Origin: an uncultured Caulobacteraceae bacterium
GTDB lineage: Bacteria; Pseudomonadota; Alphaproteobacteria; Caulobacterales; Caulobacteraceae
DNA length: 64,000 bases
Assembly: GCA_964474575.1 (NCBI GenBank)
Contig: CAYYTA010000104.1
Location: 1,869-65,868 of the forward strand
Direction: 5' to 3'
Under the pieces are notes generated by a model that ran no database searches, was not told the DNA's origin, and worked only from the letters and a program-made list of their open reading frames with translations. Shown piece by piece: positions 9,860 through 20,139 of the stretch; position 1 is the first letter of the stretch, and every line of letters starts with the position of its first letter. The position numbers were made by a program, and so were the translations under genes.

Positions 9860-9977
9860 GTGCGCCTCATTGTTCCAATTTGACGAATAGTCTTATCGCA
9901 TATCGCATATTTATCGCCATGGACAGATAAACTATCTCCGGGTTCGCGAACAATCTTTCACGAAAGGTCCTTCCCCA

Positions 9978-10733
9978 ATGACCCGGATCGCTCTCATCAC
10001 CGGCGGCAGCCGCGGCCTTGGCCGCAGCATGGCGCAACACCTGGCGGCGCGCGGCGTCTATGTGCTGTTCACCTACCATTCGCGCAAGGACGAGGCGGAC
10101 AGCCTCGCCGCCGAGCTTGAGGCCATGGGCCGCAAGGCAGTGGCCCTGCAACTGGACGCCGGCGATTCCAAAAGCTTCGATGCCTTCGCGGCCCAGGTCC
10201 GGGCTGCGCTGCGCGCGGCGTGGGGGCGCGGCGACTTCGACTTCCTGGTCAACAATGCCGGTACGGCGCTCTATGCGCCCTTCGCCGAGACGACCGAGGA
10301 CCAGCTGGACACTGTCTTCAACATCCATTTCAAGGGCGTGTACCTGCTGACCCAGAAGCTTTTGCCGCTGATCCGGGATGGCGGCGCCATCGTCAACGTG
10401 TCGTCGGGCCTGGCACGGTTCAGCTATCCGGGCTCGTCGGCCTACGGCGCGATGAAGGGTGCGATCGAGGTGCTGACGCGCTATCTGGCGGTCGAACTGG
10501 GCCCGCGCCGTATCCGCGTCAATACGCTGGCGCCGGGGGCGATCGCGACGGACTTCGGCGGCGGGCGGGTGCGCGACAATGCCGAGCTCAACGCCACCAT
10601 CGCCGGGCGCACGCCGCTGGGCCGGGTCGGCCTGCCGGACGATATCGGCGGGGCGGTGTCGCTGCTGCTGTCGAACGAGGCGGGCTGGATCAACGGCCAG
10701 AGAATCGAGGCGTCGGGCGGGATTCATCTGTGA
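9978..10733 (+). CDS. short-chain dehydrogenase/reductase (SDR)
   Basis: Motifs TGGSRGLG (TGxxxGxG), NNAG and YGAMK (YxxxK). 251 aa. Confidence 0.9.
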   Translation: MTRIALITGGSRGLGRSMAQHLAARGVYVLFTYHSRKDEADSLAAELEAMGRKAVALQLDAGDSKSFDAFAAQVRAALRAAWGRGDFDFLVNNAGTALYAPFAETTEDQLDTVFNIHFKGVYLLTQKLLPLIRDGGAIVNVSSGLARFSYPGSSAYGAMKGAIEVLTRYLAVELGPRRIRVNTLAPGAIATDFGGGRVRDNAELNATIAGRTPLGRVGLPDDIGGAVSLLLSNEAGWINGQRIEASGGIHL

Positions 10734-10775
10734 CTTACGGGGTGTGGGGTCCGTGACCCCATAAAACCTTAATAT

Positions 10776-10813
10776 CTTTTCTGTTCCGGCCCGAAGGGCC
10801 GAAAACAGAAAAG
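10776..10813. terminator. long hairpin between convergent SDR and rimM genes (putative bidirectional terminator)
   Basis: CTTTTCTGTTCCGGCCC-GAA-GGGCCGAAAACAGAAAAG. It is itself bracketed by the imperfect inverted repeat ACGGGGTGTGGGG / CCCCAGACCCCGT. Confidence 0.5.
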
Positions 10814-10858
10814 ATGGGAAGATTCTGGGGCCATAGGCCCCAGACCCCGTAGTCGCGG

Positions 10859-11365
10859 CTATATCCCCGCCATATCGACCACGATCATCCGCTCGGCCAT
10901 GCGCACCTCCGGCACATTGGCGAGCGTGAAGGCGACATAGAAGCTGGCCCCCTCGGCCGGCTTGATATCCAGCAGGTCGCCGGCGCCGAAATTGTCGACA
11001 TTGGCTACCCGGCCGACGGGCTGGCCGGATGTATCGACCACCGCCATGCCGATCAGGTCGGTGATGTAGTATTCGTCCTCGTCCGTCTCCGGCAGGTCGG
11101 CGCGCGGGACATAGAGCCGGAGGTTCTTGAGCTTTTCCGCCGCCGTCCGGTCGGGCGCTTCCTTCGCCCGCACCAGCAGCGCGCCCTTGTGCTCGCGCGC
11201 CGCCATCAGCGACAGTGCCGGCCGGCCTTCCGCGTCGAGCAGCGGATCGTGTTCCAGCACGCTGACCGGATCATCCATGAAGCTCAACAGCTTGAATTCG
11301 CCCTGCACGCCGTGGGCGGCGCCGACCTGGGCGACAAGAACGAGTTCGGGTTTGGCGTCGGGCAA
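10859..11365 (-). CDS. rimM: 16S rRNA processing protein RimM
   Basis: LVLVAQVGAAHGVQGEFKL ... YYITDLIGMAVVD...GRV..V.NFGAGDLL (RimM plus PRC barrel). The ORF-track start at 11578 translates repeat sequence. I place the start at the in-frame TTG at 11365, which is uncertain. Confidence 0.8.
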   Translation of the reverse strand: MPDAKPELVLVAQVGAAHGVQGEFKLLSFMDDPVSVLEHDPLLDAEGRPALSLMAAREHKGALLVRAKEAPDRTAAEKLKNLRLYVPRADLPETDEDEYYITDLIGMAVVDTSGQPVGRVANVDNFGAGDLLDIKPAEGASFYVAFTLANVPEVRMAERMIVVDMAGI

Positions 11366-11454
11366 GGTCGAATCCGTGGCGATAAGGCCCCCACCACCGC
11401 ATCTCGCCGTCCTGACCGGCGGTGCGGATTGAAGCCGCGGACAACGGCTTCGTG

Positions 11455-11680
11455 CGGTCCCCCTCCCCGCGTGGCGGGGAGGTATAAGAACAGAAAGCCG
11501 CCCCACCTTATTCCTCCCCGATCGGAGAGAGGACCGCGCCCATTCTTCATGGGCGCGGTGGTGGGGGCCTTTCCACACAAAGAAAAAGGATCAGGAGGCA
11601 TATCCCGGCCCTCGTTCCTTGGCAAGAACTGCCCCCTCCGGCGCTGCGCGCCACCTCCCCGCTACGCAGGGGAGGAGAGG
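11455..11680. repeat. cluster of family A hairpin repeats between rpsP and rimM
   Basis: Contains CCTCCCCGCGTGGCGGGGAGG, TTCCTCCCCGATCGGAGAGAGGA, CCGCGCCCATTCTTCATGGGCGCGG and CACCTCCCCGCTACGCAGGGGAGGAG. Confidence 0.8.
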
Positions 11681-11687
11681 CCACGGA

Positions 11688-12242
11688 TTATTCCGAAGCC
11701 GGCGTTTCTTCGGCGACGGTTTCCTCGGCCGGAGCTTCGGCAGCGGCAGCCTCCTCGGCAGCCGGCTCAGCCGCCGGGGCTTCTTCGGCGGCGGGCGCTT
11801 CCTCGGCGACGGGTTCCGGAGCCGGCTCGGCAGCGGCGGCTTCCGCCGCGGCCTTGGCCGCTTCGGCTTCAGCCTTGGCGGCTTCCCTGGCGGCTTCGGC
11901 TTCCAGGCGGTCCTTCTCGCGCTGTTCGCGCTCGGCGATGCGCTCCTGCGCCTTCTTGCCCGGCTGGCCCTTCTGCGGGTTGTTGCCGTGTTCCCACTTG
12001 ACCAGGCCTTCCTGCGACAGGAAACGCGCGACGCGGTCGGTCGGCTGGGCGCCCTTCTTCAGCCAGTCGGCGATGCGCTCCGACTTGAGCGAAACGCGCT
12101 GGGCGTCCTTCGGCAGCATCGGGTTGTAGGTGCCGACCTTTTCGATGAACTTGCCGTCGCGCGGAGCGGCCGAGTCAGCGACGACGATGGTGTAGTAGGG
12201 GCGCTTCTTGGAGCCACCGCGGGAGAGACGAATCTTGAGCAT
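11688..12242 (-). CDS. rpsP: 30S ribosomal protein S16 with a long Ala/Glu/Pro-rich C-terminal extension
   Basis: [41 protein letters not shown] matches S16. The C-terminal ~90 aa is a low-complexity AEAP repeat. Confidence 0.95.
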   Translation of the reverse strand: MLKIRLSRGGSKKRPYYTIVVADSAAPRDGKFIEKVGTYNPMLPKDAQRVSLKSERIADWLKKGAQPTDRVARFLSQEGLVKWEHGNNPQKGQPGKKAQERIAEREQREKDRLEAEAAREAAKAEAEAAKAAAEAAAAEPAPEPVAEEAPAAEEAPAAEPAAEEAAAAEAPAEETVAEETPASE

Positions 12243-12256
12243 GTTCTTGGTTCCTT

Positions 12257-13831
12257 TTACTTTTTACGGGTTGGGTCGAACGGTTTTGACCCAGGAAGTC
12301 CAGGCAGGCCACCGAACAGGCCCGAAGAAGGTGCGCTTCCTGGAAGACCGGGCAGGCCTCCAGGCAGCTTGACGTTGCCTAAGTCGGGCATCTGGCCCGA
12401 ATTCAGCGCGTTGGGATCGATGCCCATCTGCTTGGCCATCTCGGCCATCTTATCCGCATCGGGCGGAGCCGCGCCGCCACCCATGCCGAACATCTTGGCC
12501 ATCTGGGCCATCGGCCCGCGTCCGCCCGACGAGCGCGACATCGCCTTGAAGGTGTCGGCCATCTGGCGGTGCTGTTTCAAAAGGCGGTTGATTTCCATGA
12601 CCTCGACGCCGGCGCCCGCCGCGATGCGGCGCTTGCGCGAGGCGTTGAGCAGGTCGGGCTTCTTGCGCTCGACCTTGGTCATCGACGAGATGATGGCGAT
12701 CTGGCGGTCGAAGGTCTTGTCGGAGATATTGAGCTCTTCGATCTGCTTCTTGACCTTCTGCACGCCGGGGAGAAGCCCCATGATGCCGGACATGCCGCCC
12801 ATGCGCTTCATCTGCTGCAGCTGGTCGGAAAGGTCGTTGAGGTCGAACTGACCCTTGGCCATCTTCCTGGCCATCTGGGCGGCCTTGGCGGCGTCCAGCT
12901 CCTGCGCCGCCTTCTCGACCAGCGCCACCACGTCGCCCTGGCCGAGGATGCGGCCGGCGATGCGGCGGGCGTCGAAGACGTCGAGCGCCTCGATCTTTTC
13001 GCCGGCGCCGAGGAACTTGATCGGCAGGCCGGTGACGGCGCGCATGGAAAGCATCGCCCCGCCGCGTCCATCACCATCCGCCCTTGTCAGGATCAGGCCG
13101 GTCAGCGGCAGGCGCTCATGGAAGGCGGTCGCCGTGCGCACCGCGTCCTGGCCCGTGAGCGAGTCGGCGACAAGGAAGGTCTCGACCGGATTGGAGATCC
13201 TGGCGATCTCGGCGGCTTCCGACATCAGCGCTTCGTCGAGCGTGGTGCGGCCGGCGGTATCGAGGATCAGGACGTCGAAGCCCTGGAGGCGCGCGGCTTG
13301 CAGCGCGCGGCGGGTGATGTCGGTGGCCGACTGCCCCGCCACGATCGGCAGGACGTCGACCTCGACCTGTTTGGCAAGCGTCTGGAGCTGCTCCATCGCC
13401 GCCGGGCGGCGGGTGTCGAGCGAGGCCAGCATCACCTTCTTGCGGTCGAAGGTGCGCAGACGAAGCGCCAGCTTGGCCGAGGTCGTGGTCTTGCCCGAGC
13501 CCTGCAGGCCGGCCATCAGGATGACGGCAGGCGGGACGGCGTTGAGGTTGAGCGGCTCCGGCGTCTCGCCGCCCAGCATGTCGATCAGGCCGTCATAGAC
13601 AATCTTGACCACCTGGTCGGCGGGGCGGACGGCCTTGATGATCTCCTCGCCGGTCGCCATATCGCGCGCTTTGGCCATGAACTGGCGCACGACCGGCAGG
13701 GCGACGTCGGCCTCGAGCAGCGCCACGCGCACCTCGCGCAGCGCCTCGTCCACGTCCTTTTCGGACAGGACGCCGCGCCCGCTCAGGCGGTCGAAAAGCC
13801 CCGACAGGCGCTCGTTCAATGAGTCGAACAT
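12257..13831 (-). CDS. ffh: signal recognition particle protein Ffh
   Basis: [11 protein letters not shown]-loop, DTAGR and TRADGD (TKxD-type), a Met-rich M domain, and a C-terminal GGLPGLPG tail. Confidence 0.95.
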   Translation of the reverse strand: MFDSLNERLSGLFDRLSGRGVLSEKDVDEALREVRVALLEADVALPVVRQFMAKARDMATGEEIIKAVRPADQVVKIVYDGLIDMLGGETPEPLNLNAVPPAVILMAGLQGSGKTTTSAKLALRLRTFDRKKVMLASLDTRRPAAMEQLQTLAKQVEVDVLPIVAGQSATDITRRALQAARLQGFDVLILDTAGRTTLDEALMSEAAEIARISNPVETFLVADSLTGQDAVRTATAFHERLPLTGLILTRADGDGRGGAMLSMRAVTGLPIKFLGAGEKIEALDVFDARRIAGRILGQGDVVALVEKAAQELDAAKAAQMARKMAKGQFDLNDLSDQLQQMKRMGGMSGIMGLLPGVQKVKKQIEELNISDKTFDRQIAIISSMTKVERKKPDLLNASRKRRIAAGAGVEVMEINRLLKQHRQMADTFKAMSRSSGGRGPMAQMAKMFGMGGGAAPPDADKMAEMAKQMGIDPNALNSGQMPDLGNVKLPGGLPGLPGSAPSSGLFGGLPGLPGSKPFDPTRKK

Positions 13832-13884
13832 CGTTTAATCCTCAAATTCCAGGCCCGATTTCGTCGCCGCTGCGCAAACAGAAA

Positions 13885-13915
13885 ATCCCCGAGGGCGCAA
13901 CGCGCTGTCGGGGAT
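13885..13915 (-). terminator. intrinsic terminator downstream of the MarR gene, upstream of ffh
   Basis: ATCCCCGA...TCGGGGAT stem is followed on the minus strand by TTTCTGTTTG. Confidence 0.55.
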
Positions 13916-14014
13916 CCTTCCCATCCCTGTCCGCGCATGGCGGTGTCATGATGGCGAAGGGTTTTCGCAAGGGCGCCCGAACCCGGACGCGGATGTGGCC
14001 GGTGCTATGACGGG

Positions 14015-14539
14015 TCAGGGCCGTGGAGTCAAGTCTTTGTCGCCCTGGAGATGGATCAGCAGCCGCGACAGAAGGCTTTTCATCTGCGCCTGTTCGTCCG
14101 GCGAGAACGGCGACAGTGCCGCCTGTTCGCACTGGTAGAGCCTGTAGCCGACCCTCTCGAAACGTTCGCGGCCGCTGTCGGTCAGGTGCACGAGGTGCGC
14201 CCGGCGGTCGGTGGGATGGCGGCGGCGTTCGACCCAGCCGTCCTTTTCCAGCGCGTCGAGGAACAGGACCAGCGACGATTTCTCGACGCCCGACACCTGG
14301 ACCAGCCGCGTCTGGGTCAGGTCAGGGTCCTCGCCCCGCCGCTGGTGCTGCCACAGCGAGGCCAGCACGACAACGTGACCCATGTGCAGGCCGGTGCCTT
14401 CGATCGCCTGCAAAAGTCCGCGCTGATAGACGGCGTGGCAGTGTGACAGCAGGTAGCCGAAGCTCTGCATGTGGGCGCGGATGATGTCGTCGTCGAAGTC
14501 CATGACCCCGGTATAAATCACCGCTTGACTCATGTCCAT
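14015..14539 (-). CDS. MarR-family transcriptional regulator
   Basis: Motif ...LTQTRLVQVSGVEKSSLVLFLDALEKDGWVERRRHPTDRRAHLVHLTDSGRE (winged HTH). Start taken at MDMSQ. The remainder of ORF 14015..15487 is antisense shadow. Confidence 0.85.
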   Translation of the reverse strand: MDMSQAVIYTGVMDFDDDIIRAHMQSFGYLLSHCHAVYQRGLLQAIEGTGLHMGHVVVLASLWQHQRRGEDPDLTQTRLVQVSGVEKSSLVLFLDALEKDGWVERRRHPTDRRAHLVHLTDSGRERFERVGYRLYQCEQAALSPFSPDEQAQMKSLLSRLLIHLQGDKDLTPRP

Positions 14540-14541
14540 AC

Positions 14542-14554
14542 TTAGATTATCTAA
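14542..14554. promoter_or_regulatory. AT-rich palindrome in the marR/membrane-gene divergent promoter region (candidate MarR operator)
   Basis: TTAGAT-T-ATCTAA has perfect 6-bp arms and is followed by the related TATTAGACAATATAA. It is the only very AT-rich stretch between the two start codons. Confidence 0.45.
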
Positions 14555-14578
14555 TATTAGACAATATAATTTCATCCA

Positions 14579-15562
14579 ATGTGGAGCCTTGCCATGTGGG
14601 GTCGTCTTGCCGCCGTCATCAGCCTGATGGTGCTGTCGCCGTTGATCGCCGAGTACCTGCTGGGCTCGCTGCCGATGAGCATGATCGCCATCCTGCCGGT
14701 GATGATGCTGATGTACGGCGCCGGTGCGGTCGTCATCCGCGAACTGGCGCGGCAGACGGGACGCGGCTGGCCGACCATCATCCTGCTCGCCACCGCCTAT
14801 GGCTTCATCGAAGAAGGCCTGGTCGACCAGTCGCTGTTCAATCCCAACTATCTGCACCTGCGCCTGCTCGACTACGGCTTCATTCCGGCCATCGGCACGT
14901 CGCTGGTGTGGGCGATCTATGTCATCGGGCTGCACATGTTCTGGAGCATCAGCGTGCCCGCCGGCCTGACCGAAACTCTGTTCCGTGACAAGCGCGACGC
15001 GCCGTGGCTGGGCAGGATCGGCCTCGGCATTTTCATGGTTCTGTTCCTGGCCGGCGCGGCCATGGTCGCCTTTTTTACCTGGAAGCAGATGCCTTTCATG
15101 GCATCGCCGGCGCAGCTTGGCGGCACGGCGGCGATTGCGCTGGCCCTGATCGTCGCCGCCTTCGTGTGGCCGAAGCGGACCGAAACGACGACCGGTAAGG
15201 CGCCGCATCCGCTCGTCCTGTTCGCCGTGCCGATGGTTCTGGGTTCGGCCTTCATCCTCAGCGAATATGCCGCACAGGGCATCAAGGACCTGCCGGCCGG
15301 CGTTGCCGCGGGCGCATTGTTCGGCCTCGAAGCCCTGATGCTGCTGTTCATGGCCGTGTTCACGCGCGGCCGGGCGTGGACCGACGTCCAGCGCTTCGCC
15401 CTGATGGCCGGAGGCCTGAGCGTCTACATCTGGTGCGGCTTCAAGACCGACATGACCCTGCACGGCACGGCGGACCTGCCGGCCCACGCTGCGCTTGCCG
15501 CCGTCTTTGTCGCGCTGACCTTGTTCGCCGGTTGGCGGGCGCGGAGCAGGGCGGCGTCATAA
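14579..15562 (+). CDS. polytopic membrane protein of unknown function (about 8 TM), divergent from marR
   Basis: 327 aa, hydrophobic throughout. No family was recognised. Confidence 0.7.
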   Translation: MWSLAMWGRLAAVISLMVLSPLIAEYLLGSLPMSMIAILPVMMLMYGAGAVVIRELARQTGRGWPTIILLATAYGFIEEGLVDQSLFNPNYLHLRLLDYGFIPAIGTSLVWAIYVIGLHMFWSISVPAGLTETLFRDKRDAPWLGRIGLGIFMVLFLAGAAMVAFFTWKQMPFMASPAQLGGTAAIALALIVAAFVWPKRTETTTGKAPHPLVLFAVPMVLGSAFILSEYAAQGIKDLPAGVAAGALFGLEALMLLFMAVFTRGRAWTDVQRFALMAGGLSVYIWCGFKTDMTLHGTADLPAHAALAAVFVALTLFAGWRARSRAAS

Positions 15563-15627
15563 ATCGTATATTAAGCATAACTGCGCCCTAATCGCCTTTC
15601 ATCACGATTCGCGGGTTTGTAGGGGGT

Positions 15628-17493
15628 GTGCCGATGTTCCAGGTTCTCGACGCCATAAATGCGCGCGCCAGCATCGCCGGCCGCATGCGTTTCCTGAGCG
15701 TGCTGATGGTCGTGCCGGTCGCCATCACCGGCTGGCTGCTTTATCAATCGCACATGGCCGTGGTCGATTTCGCCATGAGTGAATATCGTGGCTCGGCCTA
15801 TCTCGGCGCCTTATGGCCGGACCTGATGGCCGGCGCTTCCGGCCAGCCGGCGCCCGACGGCGCGGCGCTCCAAAAACTTGCCGCCGCCAATGCCAGGATG
15901 GTCGCGCCGGACGAGGCCCAGGCGCTAAACGGCAGGTCGGGCGGCGATCTTCTGACCGCATCCAACACGCTGTTCGCCGAGGTCACCGACAAGTCGAAGC
16001 TGATCCTCGATCCCGATCTCGACAGCTATTACATGATGGACGCGGTCACCACCAAGCTGCCCGCCGTCCTGGTCGCGGCCAATGCCCTGCATGGCGACGC
16101 CTCTTCGGACATCAACAAGGTCACCTTCGACAACGCCGTCGCGGCGATGAAGGACAGCTTCGACAAGTCGGGCCAATACGGCAAGAGCGGCAAGCTCAAG
16201 GAGGACACGCAAGGCGCTCTTGATGCGGTCATGGCGGCCGCCACGGCTTTCCGCGCCGATACCGGCACCTATGACGATTTCACCACACGTCTTGACGCGT
16301 TGTTCACACCCGGCGATCGCGACCTGGCGGCGATGCAGAAGCTGCGCGCCGACAAGGAAAGCGCCCATATGTATGGTGAGTTCGCGCTGGTCGGCGCGGT
16401 GCTGGCTCTGGCCCTGTGTCTGAGCTCGGTCATCGGTTCGGGCCTGTCACGGCGGTTGTCGACCCTGTCAGGCCTGATGCGGAAGCTGGCGCGCGGCGAG
16501 GATACCGGTGCGATTCCGTTTGCTTCGGATGGCCACGAGACCGGCGTCATCGTCTCGACCCTGGCCGCCTTCCGGGATTCGGTGCGTGAAACCGAAGCCA
16601 TGCGCGCGGAAAAGGCGCGGCTGGAGGCCGAAAGCCTCGACGGCCGCCGCAAGGCGATGTTCGCCATGGCCGACCGCTTTGAATCCTCCGTGCTCGGCAT
16701 CGTCGACAACCTGACCGGCGCCGCCGACAGCCTGGGCCATGCGGCGGACCGGCTCAGCGGCCATGCGGAACAGACCCGTTCACGCAGCCGCACCGTCGCC
16801 ACCGCCATGGACTCGGCCAGCGCCAATGTCCAGTCGGTCGCCGGGGCCACCGAGGAAATGGCGGCTTCGTCGCGCAGCATCGCCGAACAGGCCGGCCGCG
16901 CTTCTGAAGCCGCCGAGACAGCTGCCCGCCATGCCGGAGAGACCACGGTCAAGGTGGCGGCGATGAACGATGCCGCCAGCCGCATCGGCTCGTCGATCGA
17001 CATGATCACGCGCATCACCTCACAGACCAATCTCTTGGCGCTCAACGCCACCATCGAGGCGGCGCGGGCGGGCGAAGCCGGGCGCGGCTTCAATGTCGTC
17101 GCCACCGAGGTCAAGGCGCTGGCCAGCCAGACGGCGCGCGCCACCGAGGAGATCAGCCAGCAGGTGCGCGGCGTCCAGACCGCCACGGCAGAGGCTGCCG
17201 CCGCCATGACCGGCGTCGCCGACATGGTCATGAGCCTGCGTGAAATCTCCGCCGCCATTCTGGAATCGGTAGCGCAGCAGACCGCTGCCGTCGACGAGAT
17301 CTCGCGCTCGACCTCGGAGGTGGCGGAATCGACAGCAGGGATCAGCGCCGCCGTTGGCGATGTCAGCACCACCGCCCACAACACCGGCGAGGAGGCGCGC
17401 GCCGCCCTGCATGCCGTCCGCGACCTGTCCGGCCAGACGCGGGCGCTCAAGGATACGGCGGTCGATTTCCTGAAGACCGTCCGCGCCGGCTAG
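15628..17493 (+). CDS. methyl-accepting chemotaxis protein
   Basis: N-terminal TM, periplasmic domain, second TM, HAMP, and a highly conserved signalling hairpin ([33 protein letters not shown]). The start is GTG 15628 or ATG 15634, after AGGGGG. Confidence 0.9.
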   Translation: MPMFQVLDAINARASIAGRMRFLSVLMVVPVAITGWLLYQSHMAVVDFAMSEYRGSAYLGALWPDLMAGASGQPAPDGAALQKLAAANARMVAPDEAQALNGRSGGDLLTASNTLFAEVTDKSKLILDPDLDSYYMMDAVTTKLPAVLVAANALHGDASSDINKVTFDNAVAAMKDSFDKSGQYGKSGKLKEDTQGALDAVMAAATAFRADTGTYDDFTTRLDALFTPGDRDLAAMQKLRADKESAHMYGEFALVGAVLALALCLSSVIGSGLSRRLSTLSGLMRKLARGEDTGAIPFASDGHETGVIVSTLAAFRDSVRETEAMRAEKARLEAESLDGRRKAMFAMADRFESSVLGIVDNLTGAADSLGHAADRLSGHAEQTRSRSRTVATAMDSASANVQSVAGATEEMAASSRSIAEQAGRASEAAETAARHAGETTVKVAAMNDAASRIGSSIDMITRITSQTNLLALNATIEAARAGEAGRGFNVVATEVKALASQTARATEEISQQVRGVQTATAEAAAAMTGVADMVMSLREISAAILESVAQQTAAVDEISRSTSEVAESTAGISAAVGDVSTTAHNTGEEARAALHAVRDLSGQTRALKDTAVDFLKTVRAG

Positions 17494-17528
17494 AGAAAAA
17501 TGTACGTAAAGTGGAATCGAAATGGCGT

Positions 17529-17672
17529 TTTCCTTCCCCGTTTACGGCAACGTCGTTGCGAGGAAGGTGGCGCCGAGAGAAACGAGGCGACGGAAGGGGT
17601 AGCCCAACCGTCCGTTTCCCCCTTCCGTCGTCGCAAGGGCGCCGACACCTTCCCCGTAAACGGGGAAGGAAG
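17529..17672. repeat. family A mosaic repeat downstream of the MCP gene
   Basis: TTTCCTTCCCCGTTTACGG ... CCGTAAACGGGGAAGGAAG ends are inverted relative to each other. The internal part carries GACGGAAGGGG / CCCCTTCCGTC. Confidence 0.8.
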
Positions 17673-17704
17673 ATCTGCACCGGCTCGGTCTAAATTATGA
17701 CATT

Positions 17705-18946
17705 CTAGAGATACGCGTTGAACGGCAGGGCTGCCAGGGCCTCGCGCCGCCACGGTTCACTCAGCGGGCGGACGGCATCGGGACCGGCCTTGGCCAGCGC
17801 GTCGCGCGCCGCTTTCGACGCCGCCAGCTCGCGCAAAGCCTCGGCCGCCGCCGCGATGTCGGGCTCGCCCCAGGTCTGTTCCGGGTCGCCTTCCAGCCAG
17901 CCATAGGGGCCGTCGGCGTCACGCACCCGCACCTCGGCCGCTGGAATCAGGCGCGCATCGTCCGCCGTCATGAAGTCGTCATTGCCGCTGCCGGCCGTGG
18001 CGATGACCGCGACTCCGGCCGCCATGGCCTCGGCCAGGGTCAGGCCGAATCCTTCCGAGCGGTGCAGCGAAATCAGGATGTCGAAGGCGGCGATGAAGTC
18101 ATCCATGTCGCGGTCGTCGAAGCGCTCGTCGATCAGGCGGACGTCATGCCGCTCGGCCAGCAGGGCATTGAGTTTCTGTTCGGTGACGCGGTCACTCATC
18201 AGGTCGACCACCTTGAGCGTCAGCCGCGCCGCGCCCGATTCGGGAAAGGCCAGCCGCCAGGCGTCGATGACACCCCATGGATTCTTGCGCGCCGCCGACG
18301 ACTTGGTGTCGAACAGGCAAAGCACCTCGCACCGGTTAGGATCGAGCCCGAATTTGGCCTTCGCCTTGTCTTTCGGGGGCAAGACCGGCACCGGATGCGG
18401 CATCAGGCGCACACGGACGGCCATGTCGCGGCGCCGCTTCATCTTCATGGTGCGGATGAGGGCGTCGCGGACATAGCGGCTCGGCACCCAGATTTCGTGC
18501 AGGTACTCGGCGGCGAACAGCCATTCGGCCGGCACCTTGCCCGTCTCCCAGGCCCAGTAGGCTATGCGGTAGCGTTCGTTCCACGACGCCGGCCGGTTGG
18601 CCAGCATGGCGATCACGTCCTCCGGCGCATTGGCGTGAATCAGCCACACACCGCCTTCGCCGGGCAGGGTCAGGTCGCTTTTGGCGAGATGGCGGAAGCC
18701 GGGGCGCAGGTCATGGGTGACGATGTCGTAACCCGCCGCGCGCAGGGCGTCGGCGGTCATGCGCCCCGCCCGGCCGATGCCGAGCGCTTCATTGAGGAAA
18801 CCGCTGACCACCAGCGTGCCCCTGCCCGCCGGCGGCAGGATATCCGCCTTTTTCCAGCCGAAGGCGCGGACGCGCGCCAGGACTTCGAGCACGCCATTGA
18901 TCAACGGCAGGCGGTATCTTAGCGGCAGGTGCCTCAGGATCGGCAT
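17705..18946 (-). CDS. glycosyltransferase, GT4/group 1 family
   Basis: Motif HRSEGFGLTLAEAMAAGVAVIAT (E-x7-E region). 413 aa. Confidence 0.8.
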   Translation of the reverse strand: MPILRHLPLRYRLPLINGVLEVLARVRAFGWKKADILPPAGRGTLVVSGFLNEALGIGRAGRMTADALRAAGYDIVTHDLRPGFRHLAKSDLTLPGEGGVWLIHANAPEDVIAMLANRPASWNERYRIAYWAWETGKVPAEWLFAAEYLHEIWVPSRYVRDALIRTMKMKRRRDMAVRVRLMPHPVPVLPPKDKAKAKFGLDPNRCEVLCLFDTKSSAARKNPWGVIDAWRLAFPESGAARLTLKVVDLMSDRVTEQKLNALLAERHDVRLIDERFDDRDMDDFIAAFDILISLHRSEGFGLTLAEAMAAGVAVIATAGSGNDDFMTADDARLIPAAEVRVRDADGPYGWLEGDPEQTWGEPDIAAAAEALRELAASKAARDALAKAGPDAVRPLSEPWRREALAALPFNAYL

Positions 18947-18973
18947 GAACGGCTCAGGAAACGGATATATCCG

Positions 18974-19201
18974 TTACAGACCTAGCCATTTTCTCCGTTG
19001 CGTCCAGTAGGATTTGAACTGGTCGGCCTGGTCGTCGTCGGCGAAGGTGACGACCTTGACCATGTGGTCGCCGCTGGAATCGGAGCGCACGGAAATCGAG
19101 TCGGTGTCCTGGATCGAGGCGGCCTCGACAAATTTGAAGAACGCGCCGAAAAAGGCGTCGGCTTCAGAGTCCGTATTCAGATCAAATGCCAGACTGACCA
19201 C
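18974..19201 (-). CDS. small acidic hypothetical protein (75 aa)
   Basis: GTG start is preceded by GAGGTG. The third codon position is GC-rich, and the gene ends 27 nt upstream of the glycosyltransferase start, so co-transcription is likely. Confidence 0.5.
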   Translation of the reverse strand: MVSLAFDLNTDSEADAFFGAFFKFVEAASIQDTDSISVRSDSSGDHMVKVVTFADDDQADQFKSYWTQRRKWLGL

Positions 19202-19419
19202 GCGTCACCTCGTTTTTCTTTTGTCTTTGCAGACTAAGCCCGAAAGCCCCGCGCAACCCCATCCGTAAGGGGTAGCGGAAATATCAAAATCCTGCAAAAA
19301 TATGTGCGCCGCACAATGATGTCAGTGAACCGCATAACTGGCGATGAGTCAAAGGTATTAACGCCGCATCCGTGATCACGATGGCGTGGGTGTGGCGCGG
19401 CGAACTCAGGACAGCGTTG

Positions 19420-20109
19420 TCAATGGCCGGCGTCGTAGATGACATAGCTGGCGGGCGTGCGGGGTGCGGCATCGTCGTCGAACGTCGGGTCGACTTCGAA
19501 GCGCATGAGGTCGAACTCGCCGTCGACAAAGCGCCAATGGCCGGCATCCCAGGCATCGCCAATGCCGCGCCACAAGGCATGGGTGGAAATCGTCAAGGTT
19601 TTCGGATCAAACTTGGCATTGACCAGCGTAACGTCGCTGCCGAAACCGTCAACCTTGGGAGCACTACCGCCCTCATTGGAGACATCGCGCAAGTTGGGCC
19701 GAGCAAAGCTCAACAACTGGAAATCTCCACCGCTGTCGGGATCGCGCAGCAGGAAGACATATTTGATGTTGTAGGCGCCCATTGCGCAGAACATCTGGTA
19801 CAACTCGACCTTGTGCGGCGGCGTGTCCGCCGCGTCATAGCTTGGACGGTAGGAAAACGTGTAGACGAAATGGCTGACGCCTTCCTGGCCGGTGTCATTG
19901 ACCGGAATGTCAGTGCGGCCGTTCATGTCGCAGTCGGGCAGCGCTGCCTTGACGAAGGCCTCCGCCGCCTTCACGGCGTCCCCGGGTTTGGCGGACGCAG
20001 CGGTAGCCGATGAAGAGCCAGCCGGCGCCTGTGGCGCCTTGGGGGGCGTGCAGCCAGCCAAAACGGTTGCCGTCAGCACCAGAGCCGCTGCCGCTACTAT
20101 ACCCCGCAT
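19420..20109 (-). CDS. putative lipoprotein of unknown function
   Basis: Signal peptide with lipobox LAGC (MRGIVAAAALVLTATVLAGCTPP) and a GGGAGGA Shine-Dalgarno. The gene lies 30 nt downstream of the aminotransferase. Confidence 0.75.
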   Translation of the reverse strand: MRGIVAAAALVLTATVLAGCTPPKAPQAPAGSSSATAASAKPGDAVKAAEAFVKAALPDCDMNGRTDIPVNDTGQEGVSHFVYTFSYRPSYDAADTPPHKVELYQMFCAMGAYNIKYVFLLRDPDSGGDFQLLSFARPNLRDVSNEGGSAPKVDGFGSDVTLVNAKFDPKTLTISTHALWRGIGDAWDAGHWRFVDGEFDLMRFEVDPTFDDDAAPRTPASYVIYDAGH

Positions 20110-20139
20110 ACCGTCCTCCCTTGGATTCAGGCGCGCAGT

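Noticed and set aside
11366-11578. N-terminal 71 codons of the rimM ORF as given in the track, and likewise 40598..40699 for the esterase and 59257..59373 for comM
   Set aside because: These extensions translate intergenic repeat or T-rich promoter sequence. Better starts with signal peptides or Shine-Dalgarno sequences lie downstream.
14540-15487. Upstream 316 codons of ORF 14015..15487, which would make a 490-aa MarR fusion
   Set aside because: Only the last 174 codons are MarR-like. The remainder is antisense to the polytopic membrane gene and crosses the AT-rich promoter spacer.
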